A stretch of DNA of 64,000 nt from Candidatus Latescibacterota bacterium (GTDB taxonomy: Bacteria > Latescibacterota > CBDEFO01). Under the pieces are notes generated by a model, which saw only the letters and a list, made by a program, of their open reading frames with translations, was not told where the DNA came from and did not search any database. The DNA is taken from NCBI GenBank assembly GCA_965248755.1, contig OZ252149.1, positions 2,048,001-2,112,000 of the forward strand, in the 5' to 3' direction. The translations under genes and the position numbers were made by a program. Positions 29,285-39,449 of this stretch are shown here, piece by piece (the stretch's first letter is position 1; each line of letters begins with the position of its first letter).

Positions 29285-30226
29285 ATGAACCAGCAAGAAT
29301 GGACAGAATGCAGAATACAGAAGCTGATAGATAACCAAGTCACAGAAAGCATAAATCTTGAATATAAAGGCAGTGGTGCTTTAAGTAAATCGGATGGGAA
29401 AAAGAAAGAGATAAGCAAGGACGTTTCTGCATTTGCTAATTCAGCGGGAGGAACCATCATCTATGGAGTGAAGGAATATGATGAGGAAGACAAGAAGCAT
29501 CTTCCTGAAAAGATCGATGGCGGAGTAGATCCCTCAGAACTCTCAAGAGAGTGGCTTGAACAAGTAATCAACAGCAACATCCAGCCCGTAATTGACGGCC
29601 TGCTCATCCACCAAGTCGAGCTTGTAAAGCTTGTAAAGACCAATCCGGCTAATGTCGCCTACGTAGTAGAGATACCACAGAGCGAGAGAGCACCTCATCA
29701 AGCTTCGGACAAGAAATATTACAAACGGTACAACTTTCAATCTGTCCCGATGGAGGACTATGAAGTAAAGGATGTGATGAACCGGGTCAAAGTACCTGTA
29801 ATTGAACCTATATTCAGTCATCAGGCAGTTGAGAGAACATCAGACGCTCACACCTACGACTTACAGATATTCCTTAAGAACAAGGGAAAGATAATGGTGA
29901 GAAACTTCTATCTACAAGTCACGTTTCCGAGTTCTCTAATCAAATATATAAGTAATCTTGATTATAAATCATTACTTTTAGATGATCGTTATGATGAGCG
30001 TTATAGAGAGATCAGCATTAACAGTTATCGAGTCCTGTTTCCAGAAGAGAGATTCCACGTAACCGAGGGATTGCGGTATATACGGTATGAAGTGAACACA
30101 GAGAGTCATCACGAAATCTGTAAATATCCTGAACTTATGAAGTTAAAATGGGCACTGTATGCTGATAACATGCCACCGAAACGAGGGGAGATTCCTCTGA
30201 GTGATAGAAGGTTAAACGGGTTTTGA
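29285..30226 (+). CDS. Schlafen/AlbA_2 domain protein with a beta-rich C-terminal domain
   Basis: ESINLEYK, KDVSAFANSAGG.IIYG, PHQASDKKYYKR. Confidence 0.85.
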   Translation: MNQQEWTECRIQKLIDNQVTESINLEYKGSGALSKSDGKKKEISKDVSAFANSAGGTIIYGVKEYDEEDKKHLPEKIDGGVDPSELSREWLEQVINSNIQPVIDGLLIHQVELVKLVKTNPANVAYVVEIPQSERAPHQASDKKYYKRYNFQSVPMEDYEVKDVMNRVKVPVIEPIFSHQAVERTSDAHTYDLQIFLKNKGKIMVRNFYLQVTFPSSLIKYISNLDYKSLLLDDRYDERYREISINSYRVLFPEERFHVTEGLRYIRYEVNTESHHEICKYPELMKLKWALYADNMPPKRGEIPLSDRRLNGF

Positions 30227-30337
30227 GAGATAGATAACAGAGAAGATGACAAAAGACCAAAGTGGTATTATTGAGGATTATCCTTCCCTGTCCCTTAAAT
30301 ACGATTATGGATATTATTCAGTTGAAAGACTAATAAG

Positions 30338-31483
30338 TTGAACCTAACCTCTAAAATAAAAAAACGCGCCGCAGACCTCGGCTTCGACCTTGTGGGCGTC
30401 TCCCGCGCTCTGCCACTTCCGGGAGGGGACTTCTACCAAGAGTGGCTGGAAAAGGGCTACGCAGGCAACATGGAATATATGGAGAGGAACGCGGAAAAAA
30501 GAAAAGATCCGGGGAATCTGATAGAGGGAGCCTTATCTGTTGTATCCGTGGGAATGAACTACTTCGTGAAGGACGACAACGCCCCCGAAGATGGAGGCAT
30601 CTACGGAAGGATAGCGATGTATGCGCTGGGAGATGACTATCACGATCATATCAAGAAAAAGCTCTTCGACCTTCTGGACTTTATAGAGGAGGAGTACAGC
30701 GGGGAGGTTAAAGGAAAGGCCTATGTGGATACCGGTCCCGTCCTGGAACGTGAAATAGGGAACCTTGCGGGGATAGGTTGGTACGGCAAAAACACGAATC
30801 TCATAAATAAAGAGATAGGATCGTGGCTCTTGCTGGGTGAGATAGTTTTGAATATTGAACTTGAGTACGACGAACCTGCTCTGGACCACTGCGGGACATG
30901 TACAGCGTGCCTCGATGTCTGTCCGACTGAGGCGCTGGTTGATCCTTACGTTCTGGACTCGACGCTGTGCATTTCCTATCTGACTATAGAGTTGAAAGGA
31001 CCGATCCCTCTCGAACTCAGGCCCCTTGTAGGAGACTATATATTCGGGTGTGACGACTGTCAGGATGTGTGCCCCTGGAACAGCAAAGCTGAAGAAACAG
31101 ATGAACCGGCATTTCAGCCGAGAGACGGCTTTTCTGCGCCCTCTCTTGTCTCCCTTATGGGAATGGACGATAAGGCGTTCAGGTCACGTTTTAAGGGCAG
31201 CCCGATCAAAAGGGCAAAAAGGAGGGGGTTTTTGAGAAACGTGGCTGTCGCTCTTGGAAATTCTGGGAAGAAGGAGGCTATCCCCGTTCTTGTAAAATCG
31301 CTGGGGGACGACGACCCGCTCATACGGGGTCACTCTGCGTGGGCGTTAGGTCAAATTGGGGGAGATGAGGCAAAGAACGCTATGGAACAGGTCTTGGAGG
31401 TAGAGAACGATGAGGTGGTAACAAAAGAATTAGAGTATGCCCTACACAGTCTTAAACTAATGGGAACGGGTCTGCATAAATAG
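30338..31483 (+). CDS. queG: Epoxyqueuosine reductase with HEAT-repeat tail
   Basis: YALGDDYH, VDTGPVLER, CGTCTACLDVCPT, CISYLTIE, GCDDCQDVCPWN. Confidence 0.95.
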   Translation: MNLTSKIKKRAADLGFDLVGVSRALPLPGGDFYQEWLEKGYAGNMEYMERNAEKRKDPGNLIEGALSVVSVGMNYFVKDDNAPEDGGIYGRIAMYALGDDYHDHIKKKLFDLLDFIEEEYSGEVKGKAYVDTGPVLEREIGNLAGIGWYGKNTNLINKEIGSWLLLGEIVLNIELEYDEPALDHCGTCTACLDVCPTEALVDPYVLDSTLCISYLTIELKGPIPLELRPLVGDYIFGCDDCQDVCPWNSKAEETDEPAFQPRDGFSAPSLVSLMGMDDKAFRSRFKGSPIKRAKRRGFLRNVAVALGNSGKKEAIPVLVKSLGDDDPLIRGHSAWALGQIGGDEAKNAMEQVLEVENDEVVTKELEYALHSLKLMGTGLHK

Positions 31484-31511
31484 CAACTTTTTTGGCACTG
31501 GAGGGTTTCAA

Positions 31512-31903
31512 ATGTCCAGCACAACCACGCAGAACGCAATTGAGTGCATCATTCCAATCCTGAGTGTCAAGGATATTTCAGACAGCATAGATTACTACGT
31601 AAAGGTGCTTGGCTTCAAGAATGAAGGTCTTATGGCGCAGACTCACCTACATTTTCAAGCGTATCACGTGACAGCTTTTCCATCTACCTATGCCAGGATG
31701 CCCAAGGCCAACGCGGGACATGGATCTGGATCGGCGTTGAGGATGCTGATGCACTCTTTGAGGAGTATAAGGCGCGGGGCGCTAAGATCCGACACGAACC
31801 GACAAACTATTCCTGGGCATATGAAATGAGAGTCGAGGATCCTGATGGTCACGTTCTGCGCATTGGTTCAGAACCAAAGGAAGGTGAGCCTTCCAAGGAC
31901 TGA
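31512..31903 (+). pseudogene. Glyoxalase/bleomycin-resistance (VOC) gene with a frameshift near 31626
   Basis: IPILSVKDI..SIDYY..VLGF, then in a shifted frame WIWIGVEDADALFEE...YEMRVEDPDGHVLRIG. Confidence 0.8.
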
Positions 31904-32549
31904 AATTGTCATGCAACTACGAGTGCCAACCCGCGGATGAACCAGCCGCGGTAATGGAGAACCAGTAACACAAGTAGACAGCGTACAGAAAGAAAGGATC
32001 TCAGTGAGATTGCTTCGGGGTGAAAGCCCTCGCAATAACTCCGGTAAAGTAACGGTCATTGTGAATCGACTACTACGGCCATCGCTAGTAGCTCCTCTGT
32101 GTCAGTGCGACCCCGTCCGATTGAATCTATCGGGGTTAGATCGGGGGAAGGAAACGATCTCACTTACGCTGTTTATCCCTGCATTAGTGTCCGAAATATT
32201 TTGATCTGATACTTAGAATTCAGTATTAGAAGAACCCAGTTGTTGCGGAATAATACAAATAGAATGTCAAAACGTGACCCAGATCACAAACTTTGATTTT
32301 AGATATGCGTATCGTTCTGTTGATGTTTCTTATGGGATCATGTATTTTTATTTATTTGTTCCCCCCTTCCAGCAGCGAAATCTCCCAAATTAAAGCGGGA
32401 GGTTAATTGATGGTCGGATAGATTAACTATGTACAAATGTAGCTGCAGAAGGAAGGAGATTAAAGCGGATCAGCAACAACTACTAATGGTGCACGAACTT
32501 TCTTATTTTTTTTGTTTCTACAGATATTTCCACAGTAAAGGAGAGCTTT

Positions 32550-34136
32550 ATGATGTTAAACTTACGAAAGTCTGTTCTAGCGCTGGCGGCTATTACTTTT
32601 TTCTTCGGAATCATTACGAGTGCTCACGCCCAACTGACCAACCCGAGCTTCGAGACAGGTGACCTAAAGGGTTGGCACTCCTCTGGATCTGTCACAGTCG
32701 TTAGGTTCGGTGGTGGTAATTACCCAAAAGACGGCAAGTACTTTGCCTTTCTCACGGCCAGTGTGTACGGTAGCACCATTTCGCAGACATTCACTGCAAA
32801 TGCGGGAGACAAAATCTCAGGCTGGGCCTTCTTCAACGCGCAAAGCGGGTCGGCGCAGGTGCAGATCACAGAGAGCAGGTCCAAGGGTGTCTTTAAAACC
32901 TCAATTACGAGCCCTAAGTGGACCAGTTGGGAGTACAGGTTTAAGAAGAAGGGAAAGTACACCATAAAGGCGCTTCTCTTGCTCAAGAAGGGAGTCAAAG
33001 TCAAGAAGGGCAGCGGCATGGGGTTGGACGGCCTTGTACTTGACAGCAGGAACCGCCCGCCGACGGCAGATGCTGGTCCTGACCAAAAGGTAGAATGCGT
33101 GGGTCCCGCAGGAACAAAGGTAACCCTGGACGGATCGGGATCAAGAGATCCTGATAAGAATTATCTTAGGTACACTTGGAACGGATCCTTCGGGACGGTC
33201 ACCGGCGCGAGTCCGACGGTAGTCCTCTCCCACGACATCCACACCATCACGCTTACGGTGGATGACGGCAAGGGCGGGAAGGATTCAGACAAGGTGGTCA
33301 TCACGATTGTGGACACCAAGCCTCCTGAAGTCACCGCCGCGTTGGATCCCATCCAAGGGGAAGATGATGATGGGGACGAGGACGACAAGAACGATTACGC
33401 CGTTGTGTATAGTGCTACCGATGCCTGCGATCCCAATCTGAGCCTTGAGGCAGTGATTGAGTTGCCGGATCTGGCGAATCCGAAGGTCAAATTTAAAGTG
33501 AAGGACCGCAACAAAATCAAGATTGATCTGAAGAAGAACAAGGTGACGCTGGAAGGCCCTGATCCTGAGGGACTCTGGGTACAGATTCAGAGTGCCGGCG
33601 GGATTGAGGTCGCCAATGGGCAGGAGCTGTCTATAAAGGTCAAGACCGGCTATAATAAGTATGAATACAAGTTCGATAAGGACGGGAATCTGGTGAAGGT
33701 CAAAGCTCCGGAGGCGACGTTACTGTGCACGGCCACCGATGCGTCTGGCAATGTGGGAACGGCTACGGCCAGTCTGCCTCTGGTGGTGGCAGAGGGTGAT
33801 GATGGCGACGATGATGATATTCCTGGAAAGGGAAAAGGGAAGCCGTCTCTATTACCTGAGGGCTATGCCTTACAGCAGAACCATCCGAATCCGTTCAACC
33901 CTGAGACGATGATTACGTATTCACTCCCGGAGGAAACACACATCCGACTGGTGGTCTACAACCAGATGGGTCAGATTGTACGAACGTTGGTGGATGGACA
34001 CAGATCAGCAGGAAGCTACTCTATAGTCTGGGATGGCAGGGATAGTAACGGAGAGAGCCTCGCCAGCGGAATCTATCTGTATCGAATAGAGGCGGATGGA
34101 TTTGTACAGACGAGGAAAATGAGTTTAATGAGGTAG
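32550..34136 (+). CDS. Secreted multidomain protein (jelly-roll N-terminus, PKD-like domain, FlgD-Ig/Por-type C-terminal domain)
   Basis: Signal AHA; NPSFETGDL.GW; NRPPTADAGPDQ..LDGSGS.DPD; QNHPNPFNPET...WDGRD..G..LASGIYLY. Confidence 0.85.
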   Translation: MMLNLRKSVLALAAITFFFGIITSAHAQLTNPSFETGDLKGWHSSGSVTVVRFGGGNYPKDGKYFAFLTASVYGSTISQTFTANAGDKISGWAFFNAQSGSAQVQITESRSKGVFKTSITSPKWTSWEYRFKKKGKYTIKALLLLKKGVKVKKGSGMGLDGLVLDSRNRPPTADAGPDQKVECVGPAGTKVTLDGSGSRDPDKNYLRYTWNGSFGTVTGASPTVVLSHDIHTITLTVDDGKGGKDSDKVVITIVDTKPPEVTAALDPIQGEDDDGDEDDKNDYAVVYSATDACDPNLSLEAVIELPDLANPKVKFKVKDRNKIKIDLKKNKVTLEGPDPEGLWVQIQSAGGIEVANGQELSIKVKTGYNKYEYKFDKDGNLVKVKAPEATLLCTATDASGNVGTATASLPLVVAEGDDGDDDDIPGKGKGKPSLLPEGYALQQNHPNPFNPETMITYSLPEETHIRLVVYNQMGQIVRTLVDGHRSAGSYSIVWDGRDSNGESLASGIYLYRIEADGFVQTRKMSLMR

Positions 34137-34182
34137 GTTCTTTGTCCCATCTCACACAAGCTCACAGAATGTCTAACAAACA

Positions 34183-34211
34183 TCCCGTCAGAAATGGCGG
34201 GCTGTCTCTTT
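34183..34211 (+). terminator. Possible intrinsic terminator
   Basis: CCCGTCA-gaaa-TGGCGGG hairpin followed by a weak T-rich tail. Confidence 0.4.
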
Positions 34212-34370
34212 GGTCATTTATAGGACTGACCATTGAGTCAGAGTGGCAAAACCGCATTGCAGGATTGTAACAACAATTTCAAGACGTGTTTGAGGCTCTG
34301 GGCGCTACACAGTACTAGGAAGGCACAGGGGATTATGCCAGCACAGAATAAGCTTATCATTCTAATACCG

Positions 34371-35471
34371 ATGAATAAAACGAAAAGACCGATTTTCTAC
34401 ACTGGCCTGATGCTCTTTATCGCCTTGAATACACTTGTCTGCACAGGGGATCTTTTCGGATCTCAGTCCCCGATTGAATCTATCGGGGACAAGCTCGTGG
34501 GCGATTTCGACGGAGACAATGACGTAGATCTCTCTGATTTTGTTCTTTTTGTGGATGTGTTTGGAACGACGTTCAGTTCAGCGGATTGGAATCCTGTGTT
34601 CGATTTGGATGATGATGGCGAGATCAGTTTGTCCGACTTTGTGATCTTTGTGCACAACTTCGGCAAGAGTGTAGAGAAAAATGTCTCCGTCAAAACTGAA
34701 AATCAAAGAACTATATTGTCTTTTCCCGACTATACCCTCGCGGTACAGTATGGCGAACCCGTTGGCATTGTTTCGCTTAAACTTACTGATCAACAGACGG
34801 ATTTTGTGCACCGGAACCTGCCCTTAGGAGACTAGGAATGGTTCAAGATAGATCTGAACGGTAGTCAGGTATGGCTAAAACTGATTATGCCTGAGTGGAG
34901 TAGCCCTGTTCTGCAAACGGCTGGTGATCCTGTTGTCCTGAGGTTTACCAGAGAAAACGCAATTGCTCCAGGTATCACTCTGGGGATCGAATACATCCTG
35001 AAGCGCGACAGACCAGAATTCGATATACACTATTCTATCATCAATTCATCTGGACAGACGCTGAAAAAGCCTTATGTGATGATCGGCTTTCCGGGATTCT
35101 CAAATTACGAACAGGTTTCCTCTGTTGAAACTGCGCTTGAAACCCGTGTCACCGCAAGCCCTTACACCAATTTCCGCGATGAGGCAATTGCGCTTAATAG
35201 AGCTGAATACCTGCTGTTGCGTCACGATGTGTCTCCTCGTTCAGGTTCCCTCGATGTCCTAAAGGGAGTTGTCTCTATTAAAGAATCCAGCCGGATCATC
35301 ACACTGGAATCTTCTTTTGTGCCTGACAAGACATACAGTGAGGTCTACTCTGCCCATGTCAATAAACCTGCGTACTTGACGAGCCACATCTATGCCTTTC
35401 TCACCGATATCCCGAATGGAGAAGAAAGAAGAATCACTATCCATTACACCGTCTATGAGAAAGAACCATAG
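34371..35471 (+). pseudogene. Secreted protein with N-terminal dockerin-like module, interrupted by an in-frame TAG at 34833
   Basis: ORFs 34233..34835 and 34887..35471 share a frame: LPLGD*EWFKIDLNG; dockerin-like GDFDGDNDVDLSDFVLF. Confidence 0.75.
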
Positions 35472-35510
35472 GTAAGGGACAGATAAGGCAAGATTGCTTC
35501 GCCACTTCCT

Positions 35511-37313
35511 TTATCTTCTCTCTCCGAAGTGGTCCAGAAAGACAACAAAGTCACTGAGCTCTACTTTATCGTCTCCATCGAGGTCGAATTTCTCGTCGAA
35601 TGCGGTACCACCTAAGCTTGATCCGAAGGCATCAAGGAATAGAACAAAGTCAGCAAGTCCCACCTCGTCATCTTCGTTGAAATCCCCTATAATTTCAGGG
35701 ACGTTCTTTACAACAATTCTCACAGAGTGGGCTTGACTATCCGCTTGTCCGTCGCTGACGACAAGTGTAAAGGTTAATACTAAAGTCTCCGCAACATCAG
35801 GAACAATAAATGTCGGACTTTGAGTTGTTCTGTCTGATAACGTGACCACAGGACCTGACACCTGACTCCAAAGATATGTCAAAAGATCTCCATCAGGATC
35901 GCTGCTGCCAAAACCGTCCAGAATCACCCTGACCCCCTCGTCCACTCTCTGATCCACTCCAGCATTGGCTATTGGAGGCTTGTTGACATCGTTTACGGTA
36001 ATGCTCACAGAGTCGGGCAAACTCTCCAGTTCCCCATCGTTGACAACAAGAACAAACGTTAATAGTTCTGTCTTTGTGACCTCAGGGGCTACAAATGTCG
36101 GACTCTGAGTTGTTCTGTCTGATAAAGTGACCATAGGGCCTGATAACTGACTCCAAAGATATGTTAAAACATCTCCATCAGGATCGCTGCTGCCCGAACC
36201 GTCCAGAATCAACGTGTCCCTCTCGTCCACTCTCTGATCCACTCCAGCATTGGCTATTGGAGTCTTGTTGACATCGTTTACGGTAATGCGCACAGAGTCG
36301 GGCAAACTCTCCAGTTCCCCATCGTTGACGACAAGTGTAAACGTTAATATTAAAGTCTGCACAACCTCAGGAGCGACAAATGTCGGACTCTGAACCGTAT
36401 CGCTCGACAGCGTGACCGAAGGACCTGACACCTGAATCCAAAGATATGACAGAATATCTCCATCAGGATCGCTGCTGCCAAAACCGTCCAGAAGCACCCT
36501 GTCCCCCTCGTCCACTCTCTGATCCACTCCAGCATTGGCTATTGGAGGCTTGTTGACATCGTTTACGGTAATGCTCACAGAGTCGGGCTGACTCTCCAGT
36601 CCCCCATCGTTGACGACAAGTGTAAACGTTAGTATTTCTCTCCTTGTAACCTCAGGAGCTACAAACGTCGGACTTTGAGACACATCGCTCGAAAGCGTGA
36701 CCGAAGGTCCTGACACCTGAATCCAAAGATATGACAGAATATCTCCATCAGGATCGCTACTGGCCGAACCGTCCAGAACTAGCGTGTCTCCCTCGTTTAC
36801 AGTGGTGTCTACGCCGGAGTATGCGGTGGGAAGCTCCGGGAAGAAGACCGTCCTGGTCAAAATTGAAACAGCGACTCCCCCTTCATTTACCTCAAATCTA
36901 TCGATCGTAAAGTTCCCGATGCCCTGGGGATCTATCACCTTGAAAGGAATTCGCAGGATCTCACCGGATCCCTCTATTGGAGAAGCCGAAGCAAATGCCA
37001 CCTTTACTGTATTTCCGACAGTGTTTGGAAAAAACAGAAAGCTACCTGTTATTGCGTGGGTTATTTCATCGGTTATTACATTGAACACATCGCTGCTGAA
37101 TGTGATAAATATCTCGATAGAGTTTACACTGTCCTCCAAAGCGATAGTATCTACAACGACGGTGATGAATAAGGTGCTATCGGTCATCTCTTGAACAGGA
37201 CCGAGCCAGACGTTGATGTCACCATAGGCAGTGTGTGCAGTCGAGATAACCAGACCCACAGCGAAAGTGGACAAACCCGAAAAGATGGCCAAGACATTTT
37301 TGAATCTTTCCAT
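35511..37313 (-). CDS. Secreted cohesin-like plus 4x PKD-like plus dockerin-like protein
   Basis: Signal; cohesin-like 'VNSIEIFITFSSDV..N..GNTVKVAFAS..IEGSGEILRIPFKV..NEG'; four 95-aa repeats; C-terminal GDFNEDDEVGLADFVLFLDAFG. Confidence 0.85.
   Translation of the reverse strand: MERFKNVLAIFSGLSTFAVGLVISTAHTAYGDINVWLGPVQEMTDSTLFITVVVDTIALEDSVNSIEIFITFSSDVFNVITDEITHAITGSFLFFPNTVGNTVKVAFASASPIEGSGEILRIPFKVIDPQGIGNFTIDRFEVNEGGVAVSILTRTVFFPELPTAYSGVDTTVNEGDTLVLDGSASSDPDGDILSYLWIQVSGPSVTLSSDVSQSPTFVAPEVTRREILTFTLVVNDGGLESQPDSVSITVNDVNKPPIANAGVDQRVDEGDRVLLDGFGSSDPDGDILSYLWIQVSGPSVTLSSDTVQSPTFVAPEVVQTLILTFTLVVNDGELESLPDSVRITVNDVNKTPIANAGVDQRVDERDTLILDGSGSSDPDGDVLTYLWSQLSGPMVTLSDRTTQSPTFVAPEVTKTELLTFVLVVNDGELESLPDSVSITVNDVNKPPIANAGVDQRVDEGVRVILDGFGSSDPDGDLLTYLWSQVSGPVVTLSDRTTQSPTFIVPDVAETLVLTFTLVVSDGQADSQAHSVRIVVKNVPEIIGDFNEDDEVGLADFVLFLDAFGSSLGGTAFDEKFDLDGDDKVELSDFVVFLDHFGERR
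35705..36835 (-). repeat. Four tandem 285-bp coding repeats (PKD-like)
   Basis: tgttgacatcgtttacgg recurs at 35981, 36266 and 36551. Confidence 0.9.
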
Positions 37314-37828
37314 AGCTTCTGGTGCCGAGGGAAGATCCCGACTCACCCGGGGTGAGGAATCAGCACTTTCTCCTTTCTAAGTATCGGGTCAAAATAGTCT
37401 GGAGGTGACTATAGCGATCCAGAATAGCACACACCAAATGGTAGACCAGGCATTTTAAGTGAGATTGTTTCGCTGACCCTTCGCTTTGCTCTGGGCTTCC
37501 CCGATAGATTCAATCGGGGCTCCCAATGATATCTCTTACCTTCAGTGATCGCGAGGGCTGAAACCGCGTGGCAATCTGAACGGAAGGGAGGATCTGTCTC
37601 TTACTACCATATGCTGTCTATGGTTTACTTACTATAATATATCATCCTTTCCTTGGATAGGCAATATCCTTTCTTGCTTGAGACAATTTCTGATATATGA
37701 ACAGGAAGAAAAGCTTGCTGCGAAGTTGAATCCTCTTTACATCCTGAAAGAAATTTAGTAGTATAGCTCAAGTTGTGCCCTCGTACTAAGACGCCAAACT
37801 CATCAGAACTCAGTTCAAAGGATAACAA

Positions 37829-38371
37829 ATGAAGCGGATAATTTCGTATGCCGTTCCGGCACTATTGCTCGCTTTGAATCCGACTATCCATGCACAAATC
37901 CTGCTCGGACCTACAGCCACCAGTGTCGGGAGACAACCTTCGTCAATCTTTACCACGGATTTAGATAGAGATGGAGATAACTATCTGGCTGTAGCTCTTG
38001 GAACCGCCAATGGTATATCAGTGTTGTTCAATAATGGAGATGGGACATTCCCAGACAAGTTGAACTATAGAACTGGGAACGGTCCCAGATCAGTTTTCAG
38101 CGTAGACTTAGATAGAGATGGAGATAATGACCTGACTGGAGCAATTGGGCTCAGCAAGAGTGTATCAGTGTTGCTGAATAACGGTGATGGAACATTTGCC
38201 CCTAAGGTGGACTATAAAACTGGGGATAGTCCCGGTTCAGTATTCAGTGCAGATTTAGTTGGAGATGGGGATAAATACCTGGCTGTGGCTAATAAGGGAA
38301 TCTTTGATAAGAACACCCTTAAACTCATCAGTACCGTCTCAGCGTTGTTGAACCTGTCTATTCAACCCTGA
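37829..38371 (+). CDS. Short secreted FG-GAP repeat protein (3 repeats, possibly truncated)
   Basis: DLDRDGDN.L, NNGDGTF repeats. Confidence 0.75.
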   Translation: MKRIISYAVPALLLALNPTIHAQILLGPTATSVGRQPSSIFTTDLDRDGDNYLAVALGTANGISVLFNNGDGTFPDKLNYRTGNGPRSVFSVDLDRDGDNDLTGAIGLSKSVSVLLNNGDGTFAPKVDYKTGDSPGSVFSADLVGDGDKYLAVANKGIFDKNTLKLISTVSALLNLSIQP

Positions 38372-38606
38372 GACTCCCATCCATTACCACCTTGCCACGC
38401 GAAGCTGTGTTGATATATCTGTCTATAATACGATGGGACAGAAGGTAGGGACATTGGTGTCCTGACGGGGTAACGGGGTATTAGAGGAGGAGACGGCTGT
38501 GAATAAGATAAAGGAGAGCAAGACGAAAGCATTTAATGTCTTATTGTGCATAGCTGTTCTAATCTTGATCGGATGTGGTGATAGTGTCAAGGGATTAGAT
38601 TCGCGA

Positions 38607-39215
38607 AGCCTATAAGGAAGCCGCCTCGCTACCTTACACAAGAAGAGATAGACGCTCTGATTTCGGAGTGTCCCCCACATCTTTATCCTATCGTGGTTAT
38701 CGCTCTTTATACAGGAATGAGAAAAGGAGAGATATTCAACCTGAAGTGGGAGGATGTAGATTTCAAGCGGGGAGTAATATCGGTCAATAACCGGGAGGAC
38801 TTCCACACACAAAACTTTGATAACCGGATTATGACGCCCCTTCCTGCTACGAGTGCGGGGCGAAACCGGATGCATCCGGTTGTAGGAGAAGCGCTAAGCA
38901 GACATCCACGTTACATCTCCAGCCCTTACCTGTTCTGTAACAAAAACAACGAGCCCTATAAAGATGTAAAAAGGAGCTTTGCAGGCGCTCTTACAAGGGC
39001 AGGTATTACCAACTTCAGATTTCACGCTCTACGACATACATTCGGCTCGTGGCTTGTAATGTCTGGTGTTGATCTGGCTACAGCACAGGAACTTATGGGG
39101 CATAAGACAATTTCGATGACATTACATTAGGCCCATCTTGCCGCAGGCCCATCTTGCCGCAGGCCCATCTTGCCCCGAGTCACCTGAAGGATGCCATAGA
39201 CAAACTGAATCTGAG
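38607..39215 (+). pseudogene. Tyrosine recombinase (integrase) C-terminal remnant next to tRNA-Thr
   Basis: PRYLTQEEI, ALYTGMRKGE, FHALRHTF, LMGHK; expected Tyr codon is TAG (MTLH*AHLA); 3x16-bp tandem repeat at 39129..39176. Confidence 0.88.
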
Positions 39216-39304
39216 TGGACACTATCGGGACACGCAGAAGAAAAAGAAAAGCACTTAGCTTGGAAGTTAGTTCTTCTAAGTGCTTTATTGTGAACGAGAT
39301 ATAC

Positions 39305-39380
39305 TGGAGCCGGCGAAGGGACTCGAACCCCCGACCTGCTCATTACAAGTGAGCTGCTCTACCAGCTGAGCTACACCGGC
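39305..39380 (-). tRNA. tRNA-Thr (anticodon TGT), CCA encoded
   Basis: GCCGGTGTAGCTCAGCTGGTAGAGCAGCTCACTTGTAATGAGCAGGTCGGGGGTTCGAGTCCCTTCGCCGGCTCCA folds as a cloverleaf. Confidence 0.97.
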
Positions 39381-39394
39381 GTAAGCTGGAATTA

Positions 39395-39423
39395 AATCTA
39401 AACCGTCAGTCTCGATATGTCAA
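39395..39423 (-). promoter_or_regulatory. Sigma70 promoter of tRNA-Thr
   Basis: TTGACA-17 nt-TAGATT, ending 14 nt before the tRNA. Confidence 0.7.
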
Positions 39424-39449
39424 GCAAAAAAGTAGACAGGGTACCGCGT

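Noticed and set aside
31924..31950. Possible attC remnant after the VOC pseudogene (GCCAACCCGCGGATGAACC)
   Set aside because: Does not match RYYYAAC and no complementary GTTRRRY box was found.
35705..36835. 285-bp repeats as a diversity-generating retroelement or CRISPR array
   Set aside because: In-frame protein domain repeats; differences are not adenine-specific; no reverse transcriptase, spacers or cas genes in the window.
38423..38875. 150-aa minus-strand ORF
   Set aside because: Antisense to the integrase remnant; no motifs.
39122..39343. 73-aa ORF overlapping the tRNA
   Set aside because: Starts inside tRNA-Thr and runs antisense to the integrase tail; spurious.
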